This document shows, in pieces, positions 41,173 through 53,661 of a stretch of DNA of 64,000 nt (positions within the stretch are counted from its first letter, which is position 1; every line of letters starts with the position of its first letter). This stretch comes from Octopus vulgaris. Its lineage: Eukaryota. The translations under genes were made by a program, and so were the position numbers. The notes beneath the pieces are model-generated. The model had not been told where the DNA came from. It did not search any database and saw only the letters and a list, made by a program, of their open reading frames with translations. The stretch spans positions 69,750,001 to 69,814,000 of the forward strand of contig OX597815.1 of the NCBI GenBank assembly GCA_951406725.2, given 5' to 3'.

Positions 41173-41587
41173 GTCCACTAATGGTCTTGTCTTGAATCAC
41201 ATTTATTCATGTTCGTATGTTCACATCTGTATTGTATGTTTATCTATTTCTTGTTGGTTCGTTCTCGTTCTGTTATGTTTTGGTCCCGTTTCCCGGCAGC
41301 TTCTTCATGTTCCTGGTGCCACCAGAAGGGAAACAATATTATCGTAAAACGCGAAATTGCGTTTGACCTTCTAACCGATAAGTGATGACGAGTTGGTAGC
41401 CTTCTGTGTCTGTTTTCCGTTTGTTTGTGCATTTATATTTTTAAACTTATTAACGGAACGCTTTGTGCCTTTGATTTTATTTACCGTAAGTGCTTTTTAT
41501 ATATTCGTACAACGTCTGTTCCTATGCCACATCTGTTCTTTCTCTGGCTCTAACTCTGTCTGTCTCTACCTATCTCTATCTATCTAC

Positions 41588-41657
<70 letters not shown>

Positions 41658-42256
41658 GTCTATCTATATCTCTCTCGCTTTCTTTCTCCTCTTCCCTCTA
41701 TACCCTCTGTCTGTCTCTCTCTCTCTCCCTCTCGCTCTGCCCTCTAGCACTTCCCTCCCTCCTACTACTGACACATAACCTGTGATCATTCTTTTTCCTT
41801 TTTCTCTTTTTCCTTTCTTTTTCACACCGACCGCTGAAGCAACTGGTCGTATTTTCTCTTGTCTTCAACCTGTTTCGCTGTCTGTTATCCTTCTGCTTGT
41901 AATCCTTTAGGATTTTCCACTTAGCGTTATCCATACTTTCGTCTCTGTCTGACCCTAAGGCCGTATTCCGTTTATTTATTCCGTCGTTTTCCCTCGTCCG
42001 TCCACTAATGGTCTCGTCATGAATCACATTTATTCATATTCGTATGTCCAACCCTGTATTGCACGTTTATCCATTTCTTGTTTGTTCGTTCGTTTTTTGT
42101 TTTGGTTCCATTTCCTGGCAGTTTCTTGTTGCTGGTGTCACCAGAAAGGAATCCATATTATCGTAAGACGCGAAATTGTCTTTGACCTTGTGACCGATAA
42201 CTAATGAGGAATTGGTGACCTTCTGTGTTTGTTTTCCGTTTGTTTGTGCATTTATT
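41173..42256 (+). mobile_element. Pair of diverged ~260 bp direct repeats (41173-41437, 42000-42256) flanking a microsatellite-containing core
   Basis: GTCCACTAATGGTCT...TTTTCCGTTTGTTTGTGCATTTAT occurs twice. Confidence 0.7.
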
Positions 42257-42525
42257 ATGTTTTTAGGTTATCTATTTAGATATAGATATAGGTATAGATA
42301 TATATATGCATATATATACTTATACGTATGTATATGTGTGTGTTTATGTGTGTGTGTGTATTATGTAGGTAGGTATGTAGGTAGGTAGGTAGATATGTAG
42401 GTAGGTAGGTAAGTAGGTAGGTAGGTAGGTAGGTAGGTAGGTAGGTAGGTAGGTAGGTAGGTAGGTAGGTAGGTAGGTAGAGAGGAAGGTAGGTAGGTGT
42501 GTATCTGTGCATGTGTATGAATATC

Positions 42526-42577
<52 letters not shown>

Positions 42578-42628
42578 CATACATACATACATACATACAT
42601 ACATACATACATAAACGGGGAGAGAGAA

Positions 42629-42680
<52 letters not shown>

Positions 42681-43254
42681 CAATAAGCTGGAGAGTGTGA
42701 GAAACAGAGAGACACAGACAGACAGATAGACAGACAAACAAAAATAAGGTCCAGAAATCTAAGATAGACAGGGAAAGCTGAGGAGAAGTAAGAGGCAGAA
42801 AGTAGAAGGTAAATGATAGATGAAGACGTTTAAAGCGCGGGATGTGAATGAGTGAGTGAGTGAGTGAGTGAGTGAGTGAGTGAGCGAGCGAGCGAGCGAG
42901 CAGTAGGGTAAAACTAGACTTATCGACAGAAGTTCTCCGAAGATCAGTGATTGATAAATGAAACCCATTTGTCTCAGGGATATGCGAAAGGAGAAGTAGG
43001 AGGAGGGAGTTTAGTGATTGAACTAATCCTTCAATTACCATGGCAACCTGCATCCCAAAGAATTAACGTTTCAATCTATTCCAGCTGCCCTTTATTCTAG
43101 TCTCTTTACTGTTTGCTTTTGTTCCTTTTTGTTTTTGTTTCCAGTTTTTTTTTTTCTTTCGCTATTCTTCTAGTCTTGTAGTCGCCGCTGCCATCGCCCT
43201 TGCCGCTAGCGTCGTCCTCTCATCATCGTCGTTCTTAATTATTGTTGTTATTGT

Positions 43255-43366
43255 TGATGATGATGATGATGATGATGATGATAATGAGACAACGATGATG
43301 ATGATGATGATGAGACTACGATGATGATGATAATGATAAGACAACGATGATTGATAATGAGACTAC

Positions 43367-43425
<59 letters not shown>

Positions 43426-43482
43426 CGATGACGATGATGATGATGAAACTACGATGATGATGACGATGACAATGACGATAAT

Positions 43483-43515
<33 letters not shown>

Positions 43516-43980
43516 TATGATGATAACTACAATAAGTATGATGATGATGATATGATGATGATGACGAATATGCTTATAGGTGTTGTTGGTAGTGGTGTTA
43601 GTGATGGTGGTGGTGTTCGTGGTATGGATGTGGTTTTTATGGTAGCTGTTCTTATTATTGTCGTTGCAGTCGTCGTCGTCGTCGTCGTCGCCCCCGGCAT
43701 TTGTTATTTGATGGTGGAAGCGGTGACACTGCAATAATGAGAGAGTGACGGTGGTGTGTAGTCACGTTCTTGATGGCGGTGCTGACGCTATGGTATGGAT
43801 GTAGTGGCCCTAGTGGGGTAAGTGACGACGGTAATGGTCATGATGGCAATGATGATGACGGTAGTGATGGTGGTGATGATAATGATGGTAATATTGATAT
43901 TGGTGGTGATGATGGCGATGATGACGATGATGGTGATGATGATGATAATGATGATGATAATATCGGCGGTGATAGTAATG
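43255..43980. repeat. (GAT)/(GAC)/(GGT) trinucleotide low-complexity tract
   Basis: Direct reading. Confidence 0.9.
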
Positions 43981-44294
43981 GTGGATTAATTGTTATATTG
44001 TTACTGTGGTTAATTCGGTGGTGCTTTTTCATTGCTACAATAAACGACGTCGGGAAAAATTATCACTTTGTTGCTGTTGTTATTTTTAGAGTTGCGTAAC
44101 CCAGGGGTCAATATTGCCCCCCCCCCTCCATCCACCAGGGGGGGGGGGCATGCGCCTCCGCCCCAAGGGGTCGGTAAACACCTGAAACGATTTTGAGCAT
44201 TAAAGGTGCTGACATGTCGAACTGAACCTGGAAGAGCGGGTGTAATTTAAGACAAAAACTCACTAATTTCCAACCAAATATCGGATTCAGATAT

Positions 44295-44496
44295 TGGCAC
44301 AAAGCCAGCAATTACGAGGTAGAGGGTAAGTCGATTACATCGACCCCAGTACTCGACTGATACTTATTTTATCGACTCCAAAAGAATGAAAGGTAAAGTC
44401 GACCTCGGCGGAATTTGAACTCAGGACATAAAGACAAACAAAATGTCGCTAAGTATTTTGTTCGGTATGCAGACAATTCTGTCAGCTCGCCGCCTT
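44295..44496 (-). mobile_element. SINE family C
   Basis: AAAGTCGACCTCGGCGGAATTTGAACTCAG...TCAGCTCGCCGCCTT. Confidence 0.85.
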
Positions 44497-45006
44497 AATT
44501 TCCTACCAAATATCGATGCAATAACTAGTGTTCACCGAACACTTATTTTACATTAAATATACGGACTATATCAATTCAATATCCCTGAAATTTTATTGTA
44601 CTTTACATTTCTTTAAATATTTCTTATTAAAAAGTGACAATGGCACACAAAGACAAAGGAATTATTATTTCGAAATCAAGAATTTTCTTCTTTATTAATT
44701 GTACTTTTTTAATCTATTTTAGAAATTCACATGACGAGGGTCGACTATTCGTTGAAGGGATCAATAACATAAGAAAGTTTATCAATTCCTTGTTAATTCC
44801 TGTCTGCTTTGTTGGATCACATCTCTTGTCATAGGGGCTGGCAATCTTTCGTTCCAGGGACAAATAAGCGCGAGAATGAAAATGAAGAAAAAGAAAAACT
44901 GAAACCTAAAATGAACAAAAACGAACTCGGCTAACCTGAGGAAACGAAACGAATAAGTAATTACTAAAAGGTAGGTTATTATAAAAATCATTATAATAGA
45001 TTTCTT

Positions 45007-45962
45007 GGATCTTTTCACTTTGACCGGCAGATTTTTAAAATAATTTCTTTGTAACTCAACACTTTTAAACTTCGTATACTGGTAGTGTGTTACATAAAAC
45101 ATCTTTGTCTCTTGGCTTTCTTGAGAAAATTCTGTAGTTTGTAAGCTGTTTGTTGTTTAATTTCTTGCATTTTGGCAATTTCAACCAATCAGTGACGTCT
45201 ATTGAGGTGAATACAATTTCTGCCGTAGTTTGTCAACAACATTTTCTGGCGGTGTCATATCAATTTGTCACTGTTATTTATGAGAAAAAAGATACCCTGT
45301 GGCCATAAACTGAGAGGTCACTCGTAAACAGAGCTGGATAACAAAACCGTTCCCTCTTTAGTGTCTACCCATAATTATGACTCTGGTATCGATCTATTGC
45401 ATTTCAATTTGTTTTAGGGTTAGGGTTAGGGTTAGGGTTAGAGTTAGGGTTAGGGTTAGGGTTAGGGTTAAGGGTTAGGTTTGGGGGAAGGTTATCTTTT
45501 TTTTCTTCAGAAATGTAAATAAACCCAATCTGTTTCTTAAACGAATATGTATGTAATGTGTGTATCTGTGCAACAGAGAGGGAAATTAAAACTGCATATG
45601 TTGTGAACTTAGAATATGTGTTTATTAATAAAAGTTTAATAACGATAATCTTTTATTCATACGAATGTAACTGATATGAAATATGTCATAAATAACAGTG
45701 ACAAACTAAATAGACACCGCAGGAAGTTGTTGTTGACAAACAACAGCAGTAATTGTATTCACCTCAATAGACGTCATTGATTGGTTGAAATTGCCGAAAT
45801 GCAAGAAATTAAACAACAAATAGCTTACAAACTGCAGAATTTTCTCAAGAAAGCCAAGGAAAAAAGATGGTTTATGTAACACACTACCAGTATACGAAGT
45901 TTAAAAGTGTTTAGTTACAAAGAAATTATTTTAAAAATCTGCCGGTCAAAGTGAAAAGATCC
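45007..45962. mobile_element. Non-autonomous DNA transposon with ~277 bp TIRs enclosing (TTAGGG)n
   Basis: GGATCTTTTCACTTTGACCGGCAG ... CTGCCGGTCAAAGTGAAAAGATCC; TTCTT on both flanks; telomeric hexamers at 45414-45480. Confidence 0.85.
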
Positions 45963-45969
45963 TTCTTTT

Positions 45970-46172
45970 AAGCGGCGAGCTAGCAGAATTGTTAGCATAC
46001 CGGACAAAACTCTTTGTGGTATTTGGTCTGTCTTTATGTTCGTCGACCTTGACTTTGCCTTTGAACCTTTCTGAGTCGATAAAATAAGTACCTGTTAAGC
46101 ACTGGGGTCGATGTAATCGACTATTCTCCTCCCCAAAAGTTTCAGATTTTGTGCCTATAGTGAAAAGGATTA
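45970..46172 (+). mobile_element. SINE family C
   Basis: GCGGCGAGCTAGCAGAATTGTTAGC...CTGGGGTCGATGTAATCGAC...GTGCCTATAGTGAAAAGG. Confidence 0.8.
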
Positions 46173-48156
46173 TCATAGATGTCTTTTTTCGTTTCTCAGC
46201 AGCACCATTGAGTTAACTTATAAAGGTTGTGTCGTAGAAAATAAGGCGTTTATAGAAAGAAAGAAAAACATGTAAAAGAAATTGCAAATTGATAACTCAT
46301 TTTGAAAAGTAAAGAAAAATATTTTGGAAGTGAATTTTGCAGCAGAATGGTTACAAAGCTGGACAGAATACTTTGCGATATTTGTTCCGAATCTCTACAT
46401 TCTGCGTTCTCTTTTACCTTTCATCCTTTTGTGATCGATGCAAATGTATCGAGCCAACGCGTGGATTGGCGGAACCTTTAAGAACATTGGATCAGATGTC
46501 TGGTGATATTTGTTCCGGCTCTTTGTGTTTTGAGTTCAAATCCTGCCATGACCTACTTCAGTGGTAGACTTAACCTAATACCTTGGGTGTCTTTTGCGGA
46601 GTCAACTTCCCGGTTGAAGATAGCTTAATCTCTTTAGCCCATCAAGTCTTGGAGGTAGTGTAAAGGGACTGCCTTCCATCCTGACTAAATAGAAGTTAAG
46701 GATTCTATATCATAAACGGAGTTGTACGTCTGTTCAATCAATTATTCGTTTTGTTTACTTAATATATACAAGTTTATTTTTGCACATTCTCAACTTCATT
46801 TTCCTTTCATTTTCAATCCAGCACTTACAGGATTTGATGGCATATAAGACTCTTTCTTTTCCAAAGAAAAAAATCTCAAAAAAAATAATTCCGGGTTCAA
46901 TATGGAAAGTTGGGCTTTCCATAAGCTTTAATGCACTAGAACTTTTTTTTCCTCAAAATGCACTGCTCAAACGGAGGTATGTCTATATGACCATATGTCT
47001 TTTATACCATCAACTATGGTATATCTCCCAAAAGCGAAAGATCGCCGATCTCGTTGTAGGTTTAGAAATGACCCAGAACATCAAATATATCATACTTCAT
47101 TATGGTTTTGGACTACGGCGTACATATCCAATTGCAACGCTATGGAAGTAATTCTGGAGTATATCAGGACATGTCTTTATGAGGTCTTTCTCCAACCACT
47201 GCATTTAGTATTTTTGTAACAGTTTGACAAGGTGAATAAGATTAGCATGTGTATGTGTGCGCGCGTGCGCGCGCGTGTGTGTGAGAGAAAGAGAGAGTTT
47301 GTGTTAGTTTCGTTTCTGTCGCATGCATCACATCTAAACTGGAAACGAACATAAAACTGTTATATTTTCAAGAATAAAAAATCATAACTAATCTTTATCT
47401 TTGCTGTTGGTGTTTTATTCTTAATCTAACAGTTTTAATTATGGAATAGTTATTTTTATTATTTCTATTTTCTATACAAGTTAGTTTGGAATCTTATGCA
47501 TTGATCTTCGTCAATTTATTCAACTAATTTAAAGAAAATCAATTATCTCTGCCTCTTCATATTTTTTCACTGGAAGCAAGATTTATCTCTTGATACAACA
47601 TTCTTAATATTGAAACTTAAGGCGATCGATTGGCGGAGTCGTCAGTGAGTCGGATACAATACTTTCGTATATACTTTACGACTGTCTGCGCTCTGAGTTC
47701 AAATTTCGCCGATTCCAACTTTACTGATCATCTGTACTCTTCATCCTTTACATGATCAATGAGAAATCAAGGCGATAGGTCGGAGGAAATTTTAAGAACA
47801 TCTTTTCGGGATGGATAGAAGACGATAAAGCAATGGTCAAGTACTAGGATTTTCCCTCCTCCTCCTCCTTTCTGGAAGAAATCGGTTGTGGTCAGACCTG
47901 GAGAGAGATGAACACTTCCAGATCTAAAAGTACACTAGATAAGCAGTCTGCCATGGTGATGCCCCTTACATCTCTACCAGGAGATAAAGCCCCAATTACG
48001 AACACCATATTGCTACTTGATAATTAGAACTTGTGATTTACAAGCGTTTTGGTGATGTTCTAACGTTCATACCTTGCTGGTGATTAATGAGGTACTTGGT
48101 CCTATAACACCACGTTTCTATGTGTGTGTGCAAAAGCATTATATTGATAAGTTTTT

Positions 48157-48380
48157 AAGGTGGCGAACTGGCAAATCGTTAGCACGCCGGACGAAATGCC
48201 GCTAAATGCTTCGCGGCAATTTGTCCGTCTTTATGCTCTGAGTTCAAATTTCGACTTCACCTTTCATCTTTTCGATAAAATAAGGGGGAAGACAAAATTA
48301 GTACCAGCTGAGCTCTGGGGTCGATGTATCGACTAGCCCCATCCCTCAAAATTTCAGACCTTGTGCTTATAGTAGAAACG
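48157..48380 (+). mobile_element. SINE family C
   Basis: AAGGTGGCGAACTGGCAAATCGTTAGCACGCCGG...GAGTTCAAATTTC...GGGGTCGATGTATCGAC. Confidence 0.8.
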
Positions 48381-48523
48381 ATTAAATTGCAGGATTTTTT
48401 CGACCAGTAAAAACTGTTCGTTAAATATCTTTTCTGGTGTTCGTTTTGTGACGAGAAAAGTGAAAATAACATAATAGCTAGAAACGACATCGGGACAAAT
48501 TTCTTTATTGATTTGTAAGGAGA

Positions 48524-48646
<123 letters not shown>

Positions 48647-49489
48647 TTTTATATATCTTAAAAGCAAACGCACCCGTCCTTTGGACAGTTTAAGTTGCAT
48701 TGGTGGTATTTTTTTCACCAAATGATTGAACTACCGAGAAGGTTTATGAATCGCACGGCAATCTATGCTTCAGATTAAGCTAGGAACGGAAAATCAAATT
48801 TAAGGCTGGTTATTGTGGAAGTCGTTGCACTTTAATGATCATAGAACATGCAAGCAATGCAAAGTAAAGCTACTAAAATGTTTGGGGAGTAGATTACGGA
48901 TAATGACAACAAAATATAGTTGTTTTACATAAAAGCGAAATTTCCTGTCAGAAACAGCCACATAAACGGAGTAATGAAATTGAAGGGAGACGTTGAAACT
49001 TCCCCTCTGCGAGTTTTTTTTTTTTTTTTCAACAGCAAAGGGAGCTAATTTTTCGGAGAGATAAGCTAACAGAAGCCCTTTTATTCTGTCTTCCCACATA
49101 GTCTGCGCATAAACTAGCAGCGAATGCTGCATAAAGTTAAATTGGTATGGAGCTTTCTGAAAGATGCGAATAGCTTTCGATAGTGGAAGCAAAAATTTTA
49201 TTTAAAGGTTGATTCTTTGGGACGAATCATATGTGATTGTTTAAAAAAGCTAGAGCGACAATGCTAAAATGTATTTGAAACAATGAACAACAGTCGAAAT
49301 ATCATAATGGATGGGTAAATAAGCATCCTTGAAGTGAAACAACGCATTGGTAAACAAAGGTATCAACACGTAGAAGAGAAGGAAGGGAACATCACGTTTC
49401 AAGTAACTCAGAATAGGTAAAGATACGCTTGCCAAAGTTTAATGCAGTTTAATACGGAGATTAAGATTGTTTGGTATTGGATACTCATC

Positions 49490-50129
49490 GCGCACAGTGT
49501 TCCCAGTCAATTTAATCACCGTGGTAGGTGGACAGTCGAAATAAATTAATAGACAAAATCCTTTCACTTTTATAAAAAGATTAAAAAGAATGGACGACCC
49601 TATAAAAAAAAACTATGTTCATTTAGGTCCATTTACGTGGGAGCTCTGGGCAAAATGCTTAGTGCATGACCATCCCTGGGACATAAGTAATGTGTGTGTA
49701 AAATTTGGTGAAAATCGGTTGAGAATTATGGAAATGAATGCGTTCAGTGTTCCAAGTCAGTTTAATCACCGTCGCTGATGGACAAGGGAAATAAATAAAT
49801 AGACAAAATGCTTTCACTTTTATAAAAAAGATTTTAAAAGTATGGAAGACCCTACAGATTATAAAAGAGCTGATTAATGCAAATGAAGAGGAATCATCTA
49901 TTGTTGGTTTCCCATCGCTCTAGAGGCCCCAATATCGATTTTAAAAAAAATTTAAGTAGCCTTTGTTCGGGTTTGGGATATGAAGCAGCTGTATATAAAA
50001 TTTTAAAGAAATCGGATGAAAGATGTAGAAGTTATTGAGATACATAAAATTTTTGTACACACACTCACAAACACACACCACACAAACACACACAGAAAAC
50101 TTCAATTTTTTTTAGATATTAGATTAGAT
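49490..50129 (-). mobile_element. Helitron-like non-autonomous element with 250-bp internal tandem units
   Basis: CAGTGTTCC(C/A)AGTCA at 49495 and 49745; minus-strand start ATCTAATCTAATATCTAAAAAAATTGAAGTTTTCTGTGTG; 3' end not identified. Confidence 0.45.
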
Positions 50130-50321
50130 TAACTTGTTTCAGTCATTGGACTGCGGCCATGCTGTAATTGTGCCTTGAAGGTTTAAGGGTTTAGTCGAAC
50201 AAATCGACCTCCACCCAACCCACCAAAACTTATTTTAAGTTTGGTGCTTACTTTATCGACCTCTTTGGTCGAATCACTTCGTTACGGAAACGCAACTGGT
50301 TGTCAAGCGGTGAGATAGTAA

Positions 50322-50392
<71 letters not shown>

Positions 50393-50565
50393 TCATAAAC
50401 ACGCGCGCGTGACGAGCTTTCAGACAGTTTCCGTCTATCAAATCCACTCACAAGGCACTGGTTGGCCTGGGGTTATAATAGAAGATATTTATCCATGCAT
50501 AGAGGAACTTGAAGTGAAACAAGTGGTTGCAAAATGAGCTTCTTAACCACACGATCATACCTGCT
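50130..50565 (-). mobile_element. Family A SINE
   Basis: TGTTTCAGTCATTGGACTGCGGCCATGC tail; AAATCCACTCACAAGG; head CTTAACCACACGATCATACCTGC. Confidence 0.8.
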
Positions 50566-50769
50566 CCTCTGTTTACTTCTCTATGTTTTTTATAGTTAGT
50601 AATCTTTTTTAATGATTTTCTTTGTTGATCTTTGTTGTTGGAGAACAATTCTTGTCTCTTAACGTCGATAAACATTAATGTTATCTAGAATTTGTAGGGA
50701 GGAAATTTTTATTACTGTGGTACATGTTTTACTGCATATGTGTTGTTATTTTATCGCTTAGGAGGGTGA

Positions 50770-51055
50770 TGTGAAGGTGTGTGGCCTAGTGGTTAGGGGC
50801 GTTGCACTCACGATCGTAAGGTCGTGGTTTCGATTCACGGACATGTCCGTGCGTTGTGTTCTTCAATAAAACATTTCATTTCCTCTTTTCCAGTCTGTTC
50901 AACTGTAAATAAGTTCCAGCAATAGCCGTGATGTTAACCCTGTGACGAGCCGACGTCCCGTTCGAGTGCGGCGGGGGAGTGTTGTAATCTTAATTACATA
51001 TACGTTATCGAAACTGGGTTAATCTCCGGATTTATGAGTCCTAGGACTCAAGACA
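50770..51055 (+). mobile_element. SINE family B variant
   Basis: GTGGCCTAGTGGTTAGGG...GGTTTCGATTCACGG. Confidence 0.75.
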
Positions 51056-51354
51056 GGCCTATAGGAATTAAGAAGGAAAACAGTGCTCATGACATGTCAT
51101 AAGGCCTCCCGAAATTGGCGGGAGAGAGAGAAAGGTGTCTTCAGACTGGAGACTGGACCTAAATGCTTGCAACAGAGCCAGGTTCACTAAAGACATCTTA
51201 GGTCGGAACTTATCCCACTTTCCATGTTGTATAAAGGAGCAACAGTACAATGTTAAGCCCTCACCCTTAAACGAGGCACCATTCAGAATGTCGGAGCGCT
51301 TTAGCAATGTACATATATAAGACACACACACACACACACACACACACACAAGCA

Positions 51355-52082
51355 TAGGTGCAGGCGTGGCTGTGTGGTAAGAAGCTATAGGCGCAGGCGT
51401 AAGAAGCTTGCTTCTCAACCACATGGTTATGGCAGTGGTACCTTGGGTAAGTGTCCTCTACCAGAATTTAGTACGGTATTATCCATATAATTTCAAAGTA
51501 AGGGGATTAAAATCAAAATAAGCAACAAGGATATCCAGAGGTAATGCAGCACGATCGTTTCATGCAACTCCATTTAATTGAACAGTGCAATCATTACATC
51601 AATTTAAAATGTAGACCAATCGTCAGCTGCACAAAGACATAGAATTTTATTAAATGAGAACAATAAATTAGAACACATTAGTATAATTATACTAATGTGC
51701 CCATCTGTTCTAATTCAGTTAAATTCTATGTCTTTGTGCAGCTGAAGATTGGTCTACATTTTAAACTGATGTAATGATTGCACTGTTCAATTAAATGGAG
51801 TTGAATGAAACGATCGTACTGCATTACCTCTGGATATCCTTGTTGCTTATTTTGATTATGTGTGTGTGTATGCTGTTGTGCCTGTGTTTATCCTCCCCAC
51901 CATCGCTTGTCAATCGATGTTGGTGTGTTTACGTCCCCGTAACTTAGCGGTTCAGCAAAACAGACCGATAGAATAAGTACTAGGCTTACAAAGAATAAGT
52001 CCTGGGGCCGATTTCTTCGACTAAAGGCAGTGCTCCTGCATGGTTGCAGTCAAATGACTGAAGCAAATAAAAGAGTAAAAGA

Positions 52083-52085
<3 letters not shown>
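51355..52085 (+). mobile_element. Family A SINE split by a palindromic insertion
   Basis: Head at 51355-51462 and 3' half at 51870-52085 flank the 51511-51857 palindrome. Confidence 0.75.
51511..51857. repeat. ~347 bp palindrome carrying a hammerhead motif on each arm
   Basis: Arms AATCAAAATAAGCAACAAGGATATCCAGAGG...; centre CACATTAGTATAATTATACTAATGTG; + strand TGCAG-CTGAAGA...GAAA-CGATCG-TA-CTGCA at 51737-51823. Confidence 0.85.
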
Positions 52086-52117
<32 letters not shown>

Positions 52118-52120
<3 letters not shown>

Positions 52121-52462
52121 AGGCGCAATGGCCCAGTGGTTAGTGCAGCGGACTTGCGGTCAAAGGATCGCGGTTTCGATTCCCAGACCGGGCATTGTGA
52201 GTGTTTATTGAGCGAAAACACTTAAAGCTCTACGAGGCTCTGGCATGGGGTGGTGGCGAACCCTGTTATATTCTTTCATTCTTTTTCTTCCTGTATTGCA
52301 AAAGTCCGACCTTGTCATACGCTGAATCTCCCCGAGAATTACGTTAAGGGTATGCGTGTCTGTGGAGTGCTCAGCCACTTGCACGTTAATTTCACGAACA
52401 GGCTGTTCAGTTGATCGGTTCATCTGGAACCCTCGTCGTGGTAACCGACAGAGTGCCACGAC
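52118..52462 (+). mobile_element. tRNA(Arg)-like SINE (family B), full length
   Basis: AGGAGGCGCAATGGCCCAGTGGTTAG...GGTTTCGATTCCCAGACC...CGTCGTGGTAACCGACAGAGTGCCAC. Confidence 0.9.
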
Positions 52463-52585
52463 ATATATGCATGTATATGAAGTCAAATCAAATAGTGATA
52501 TTTAACAGGAAATTCATCCATTACGTAAAACTTGTCCATTAAAGCATTTCAACTAATTATAACTGTACGCCAATATGTATGTATG

Positions 52586-52618
<33 letters not shown>

Positions 52619-52635
52619 GTATATATATATATATA

Positions 52636-53614
52636 TAATTTTAATCCAAACGGGAAAACAAAAAAACAACAACAATGGAACAATTACAGTATTATTATTA
52701 ATAGGCGCTCAGGAAATGGAAGCAGGAAGGTATGACGTTTCGAGCGGAGCTCTTCGTCGGAAACATAAAGAAGGAAGAGAGAGGAAAGAAAGATCCCAAA
52801 GCGGGCAACAGGGATAGAGAAAAAAAAAGACTGGTGTTTACGAGTTACACATGGTGAAAGGCGGAAGTTTACGATAACAAGAGCAAAGTAGGTTTTTAAA
52901 GCCAAAGAGTGGAGACAAGGTTGGTAACGCAACAGATGTGTGTGTATGTGTGAGTGTGTGCGTGTGCGTGTGTGTATGTGTGTGTGTGAGGCGAGATAAA
53001 AAAACAAAAAATATATGTATGTGTTAGTGTGTGCGTCTGTGTGTAGGCGTGTGAGGTAGGGCGAGACAGTGGTAGGCAAGCAGACAGTGGTCAGTAGTAA
53101 GAAAAAGAAGGAAAGAGGAAGGGAGGGAGGGGAAGGGGTGGGGGCGTATGTAGCGTGCCAGCGTGTGTTGAGTAGTAGTGTGTGTGTGTGTCCAGTGTCG
53201 TGGTAGTATTAATGGCGAGTAGATTGAATGTGTGTAAGAGTAATGTATATATTTAAGCAATGTGTGTATATGTGTGCGCGTGTGTGTAACAAAAAAAGGG
53301 GGGTTAAGGAAAAAGGACTACAGCTGAGGGGAAGATGGAAGAGTGGTCCCGCGGAGACGGGCGTGGGAAAACCCAACGACAAGCGACGGTCCCAGGAACG
53401 AGCGGGAGGTCTCGTCGGGTCCAAGAGCGAGGTGCATGCGGCGCGTATGCGTGCGCGAACCGGCGCAAGCGCGTGTGTGCGCGCGCCTGCGAGTATGCGC
53501 GTAAGTATGTATGTGTGTGGATGTGTGAGTGTGTCTGTGTGTATGTCTGTGTGTCAGTGTGTCCGATGAATGTATGTGAGTATGTGTGTATATATGTGTG
53601 TGCATAGATGTATG

Positions 53615-53661
<47 letters not shown>

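Noticed and set aside
43363-44099. Poly-Ser, poly-Asp and poly-Ile ORFs
   Set aside because: Trinucleotide repeat translations
44936-44955. CTGAGGA-AAC-GAAAC hammerhead-like motif
   Set aside because: Stem II absent and no stem I pairing
45414-45480. True telomere or chromosome-fusion scar
   Set aside because: Short, single orientation and enclosed by transposon TIRs
52118-52190. tRNA gene
   Set aside because: A/B boxes continue into a multi-copy SINE body and there is no proper acceptor stem; the same applies to the other SINE heads
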